From the NCBI GenBank assembly GCA_049964835.1, contig JBMFWW010000001.1:195789-213963 (forward strand): 18,175 nt of DNA. Direction: 5' to 3'. The DNA is from Candidatus Micrarchaeia archaeon. GTDB taxonomy: Archaea; Micrarchaeota; Micrarchaeia; Micrarchaeales; CABMGC01. A model generated the notes under the pieces. The model was not told the origin of the DNA, searched no databases, and was given only the letters and a program-made list of their open reading frames with translations. Positions within the stretch are counted from its first letter, which is position 1; every line of letters starts with the position of its first letter. Both the position numbers and the translations under genes were made by a program. Shown here piece by piece: positions 15,537-18,175 of the stretch.

Positions 15537-16715
15537 AAGTCTCCATCTCTGTCCAAGATTTCTAAGGACTGAGATTTTTGAACTTTTATCTATACAAGCA
15601 ACTCTATTTAATCTTATTTCTATTCTATTTTTCTTTAAATGTGTTATATGGCCAACAAAGGTTCCTGTGCCTATTCCTAATAACAACTGTTCATTTTCTT
15701 TAAATGATTGTTTTGGTATATCCGTTCTATTAAGAGAGACATACTCTATAGTAATATCATTTACATTATCTGGAAGCGTGCCTGCCTTTCCAACAATCTG
15801 GCCTACTAATCCATCTGCCTTTGTAAATGACGGATCGCATTCTGTACCTACTGCTATTAAACCTCCTGCAATTGCACTTTCCAACTTTTCAGATCCTGCA
15901 GATAAAGAATCTATTTTTGTTATTATTGGAGTATAACTATCTTTTTTTTGTGGATTAATATTAACTCCAGGACGTATCTCAATTTCATCGCCTACATTAA
16001 AGGTGCCTCTTATAACCGAACCTCCAACCACGCCCCCGACTATATCCTCTATATGAGTTCCAGGCCTATTTATATCAAATGAGCGTGCAATATTCATTAT
16101 TGCATTAGATTTGACATCTCTTTCTGGAACCTTTATCTTAGCAAGCTCTTCGAGTAGTACATCTATATTTATGCCCTTGTTTGCCATTACTGGTATTATC
16201 GGCGCATTTTCAGCAATGCTTCCTTTGAGAAAGCTCCTTATTTGCTCGTAGCTTTTTTCTGCCTTATCCTTTCCTACAACATCTATTTTTGTCTGAGCTA
16301 CTATCACATTCTTTATTCCTAGCGCATTTATTATCATCAAGTGTTCTTTAGTTTGCGGCATCGGGCATGATTCCGCCGCAGATATTACAAAAAGTGCGCC
16401 ATCAATAATACTTGAACTAGCAATTGCAGTTGCCATAAGTGTTTCGTGTCCAGGTGCATCAAGCAACGATATTTTTCTAAAAGGAATAGCTACATTTCCA
16501 CCTACACAGGTTTCTTCTACAGTATAGCTCTCTCCATCTTTTCCTGTGCACTTTCTTATGAGCATATCTGCGTAGCCTAACTTGATCGTCATACTTCTCT
16601 TCAAGCTTTCGCTGTGCACATCCGTCCAGGTATGCGTAAGAGCCGATACAAGGGTTGTTTTTCCGTGGTCAACGTGGCCTAATGTTCCAATGTTGAGCTC
16701 ACTTTGTTTATTCAT
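15513..16715 (-). CDS. eif2g: Translation initiation factor 2 subunit gamma (aIF2-gamma)
   Basis: NIGTLGHVDHGKTT, MTIKLGYA, DAPGHETLMAT, PQTKEH, RSFDINRPG, RWRLSGFG. ATG 16715 has GTGA upstream; ATG 16733 is an alternative. Confidence 0.97.
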   Translation of the reverse strand: MNKQSELNIGTLGHVDHGKTTLVSALTHTWTDVHSESLKRSMTIKLGYADMLIRKCTGKDGESYTVEETCVGGNVAIPFRKISLLDAPGHETLMATAIASSSIIDGALFVISAAESCPMPQTKEHLMIINALGIKNVIVAQTKIDVVGKDKAEKSYEQIRSFLKGSIAENAPIIPVMANKGINIDVLLEELAKIKVPERDVKSNAIMNIARSFDINRPGTHIEDIVGGVVGGSVIRGTFNVGDEIEIRPGVNINPQKKDSYTPIITKIDSLSAGSEKLESAIAGGLIAVGTECDPSFTKADGLVGQIVGKAGTLPDNVNDITIEYVSLNRTDIPKQSFKENEQLLLGIGTGTFVGHITHLKKNRIEIRLNRVACIDKSSKISVLRNLGQRWRLSGFGKLV

Positions 16716-16729
16716 ATTTTCACTAGTTC

Positions 16730-17116
16730 TCATTCACTCTTTTCCTTTGGTTTGAAAAGCTCTTCATGAGATTTTGTTCCGAACTGCTCAATAACTGTAT
16801 TTATCTGAACAGTTTCTGGACCTACTGAGTTTCCTCTAACTAATCTTCTAGCTCTAAAACCCTTTCCCTTTATCTTCATTCCTGTGCCATAATTTAGCAA
16901 GGCCTTTACCTTTCTTATGCCGTCTATCTCCTTCCTTGATGGAGCTCCTGAAGCGTCGCTAAGCCCGGTTATTTTTAGCTTAAAGCCGTCTAGCCCTGCC
17001 ATAGCACCTTCTACTACCTCTCCTATATTTTTTCCTATCAACTGAGCTTCTCTATCCTTAGGTACTTGTGCATGTCCAGTTTTTCCTGTTTTCTTATCCG
17101 AGTAAACAATCTGCAT
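16730..17116 (-). CDS. rps6e: 30S ribosomal protein S6e
   Basis: SDKKTGKT, LIGKNIGE, LKITGLSDASGAP, VRGNSV...QIN; the usual upstream neighbour of eif2g; AGGTGA SD. Confidence 0.95.
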   Translation of the reverse strand: MQIVYSDKKTGKTGHAQVPKDREAQLIGKNIGEVVEGAMAGLDGFKLKITGLSDASGAPSRKEIDGIRKVKALLNYGTGMKIKGKGFRARRLVRGNSVGPETVQINTVIEQFGTKSHEELFKPKEKSE

Positions 17117-17120
17117 TATT

Positions 17121-17150
17121 TCACCTTAAATAAAATTATCTTTATATATT
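17121..17150 (-). promoter_or_regulatory. Shine-Dalgarno (AGGTGA) and candidate TATA box for rps6e-eif2g
   Basis: Minus strand reads TATATAAA (17148-17141) then AGGTGA (17126-17121), 4 nt before the ATG. Confidence 0.55.
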
Positions 17151-17171
17151 AATTATTTGTAACTTACCAAT

Positions 17172-18175
17172 TTATCTATACATACTTTCGGGTTCATCCT
17201 TAAATCTCTTTATCCTATCACTTAGTTCTTTAGGTATTGCTGGTTTTACTTCCTGCAATGCCTTTGAGAAGTCAAGCTCCTTTACTATGTCTCTATTATT
17301 TCTTATAGCATTCATTCCTGCCTCTCTGCAAACATTTTCTATTTCGGCTCCGGTATAATTTTCTGTTAATGTAGCTACCCTTTTAAGATCAACGTCGCCA
17401 TCTAATGGCATTCTTTTTGTATGCACTGTAAGTATTGCTAAACGTGCTTCTTCATTAGGCATAGGTATCTCAACTATTTTATCAAATCTTCCTGGTCTTA
17501 GTAATGCTGGATCTACCTCTTCAGGCCTATTTGTAGCTGCGAGTACGACTACATTCTTTAATTCCTGAAGACCGTCCATTTCAGTCAATAATGTGTCTAC
17601 AACGCGCTCTGTTACTCTTGTATCATCATCTCCAGATCCTCTTGCATGTGCTATTGCATCTATTTCATCTATAAAAACTATGCATGGAGCCGCTAACCTT
17701 GCCTTTCTAAATATCTCTCTTACTGTTTTTTCGCTCTCACCTACGTATTTACTTAGAACCTCCGGTCCTTTAATTGAAATAAAGTTTGCTTCTCTTTCTG
17801 TCGCTACTGCTCTTGCAAGCATCGTTTTTCCAGTTCCTGGTGGACCTACAAGAAGAACACCTTTTATTGCACGTATTCCTATTTTATCAAACTTTTCCGG
17901 TTCCTTCAAAGGCAGCTCAACAGCTTCTTTTAACTCCTCTTTTACTTTTTCTAAACCTCCAACATCTTTCCAATGTACATTGGGTCTTTCTACAAAAACC
18001 TCTCTTAATGCACTAGGCTGTATGTTCTTCATAGCTTCAAAAAAGTTGTCTCTGCTTACAGATAAATTTGAAAGTATATCTACGGGTATGCTTTGTTTAT
18101 CTACAATCATTGGAAGTATCTTTCTTAATGTTGCCATTGCAGCTTCCTTTACCAATGCATTCATATCTGCTCCGG
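17172..18175 (-). CDS. cdc48: CDC48/VCP (VAT) family AAA ATPase, C-terminal part (D2 domain), 5'-truncated by window edge
   Basis: Frame open to the window end (GAD-MNALVKEAAM, end of D1). PSALREV, WKDVGGL, GPPGTGKT, VFIDEID, ATNRP, LRPGRFD, C-terminal HbYX motif MYR. Confidence 0.96.
   Translation of the reverse strand, partial: GADMNALVKEAAMATLRKILPMIVDKQSIPVDILSNLSVSRDNFFEAMKNIQPSALREVFVERPNVHWKDVGGLEKVKEELKEAVELPLKEPEKFDKIGIRAIKGVLLVGPPGTGKTMLARAVATEREANFISIKGPEVLSKYVGESEKTVREIFRKARLAAPCIVFIDEIDAIAHARGSGDDDTRVTERVVDTLLTEMDGLQELKNVVVLAATNRPEEVDPALLRPGRFDKIVEIPMPNEEARLAILTVHTKRMPLDGDVDLKRVATLTENYTGAEIENVCREAGMNAIRNNRDIVKELDFSKALQEVKPAIPKELSDRIKRFKDEPESMYR

Noticed and set aside
326..18016. 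Short antisense or alternate-frame ORFs in the track (e.g. 326..649, 1229..1558, 1355..1636, 5872..6153, 12129..12566, 15667..15936, 17786..18016)
   Set aside because: All overlap longer, motif-supported genes and have no recognisable features; treated as shadow ORFs.
1..18175. CRISPR array, tRNA or rRNA genes
   Set aside because: No regularly spaced repeats or cloverleaf/T-loop motifs seen by eye; intergenic gaps are short.

Overview
AT-rich archaeal chromosomal DNA. It encodes Top6B, aIF2-gamma, S6e, Cdc48 and a Pno1/Dim2 KH protein, and uses GTGA/GGTGA-type Shine-Dalgarno motifs. A DPANN (Micrarchaeota-like) origin is my inference. The right third (11.5-18.2 kb) is mostly housekeeping. 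The left two-thirds (1-11457, continuing beyond the left edge) is one tightly packed plus-strand cluster that looks like a chromosomal, non-mobile T4SS/Ced-like membrane transport system. It contains at least four tandem paralogous CedA/VirB6-like membrane proteins, two paralogous membrane-anchored proteins resembling a detached VirB4 N-terminal domain, and a short VirB4/CedB-like ATPase. The ATPase C-terminal helical module is repeated as the next stand-alone gene. The cluster ends with a frameshifted Zn-finger membrane protein, a coiled-coil/winged-helix protein and a large sequon-rich membrane protein with a cytoplasmic wHTH-like tail. No rRNA, tRNA, CRISPR array, transposase, integrase or relaxase was seen. 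All family calls are by-eye motif recognition, not database searches.
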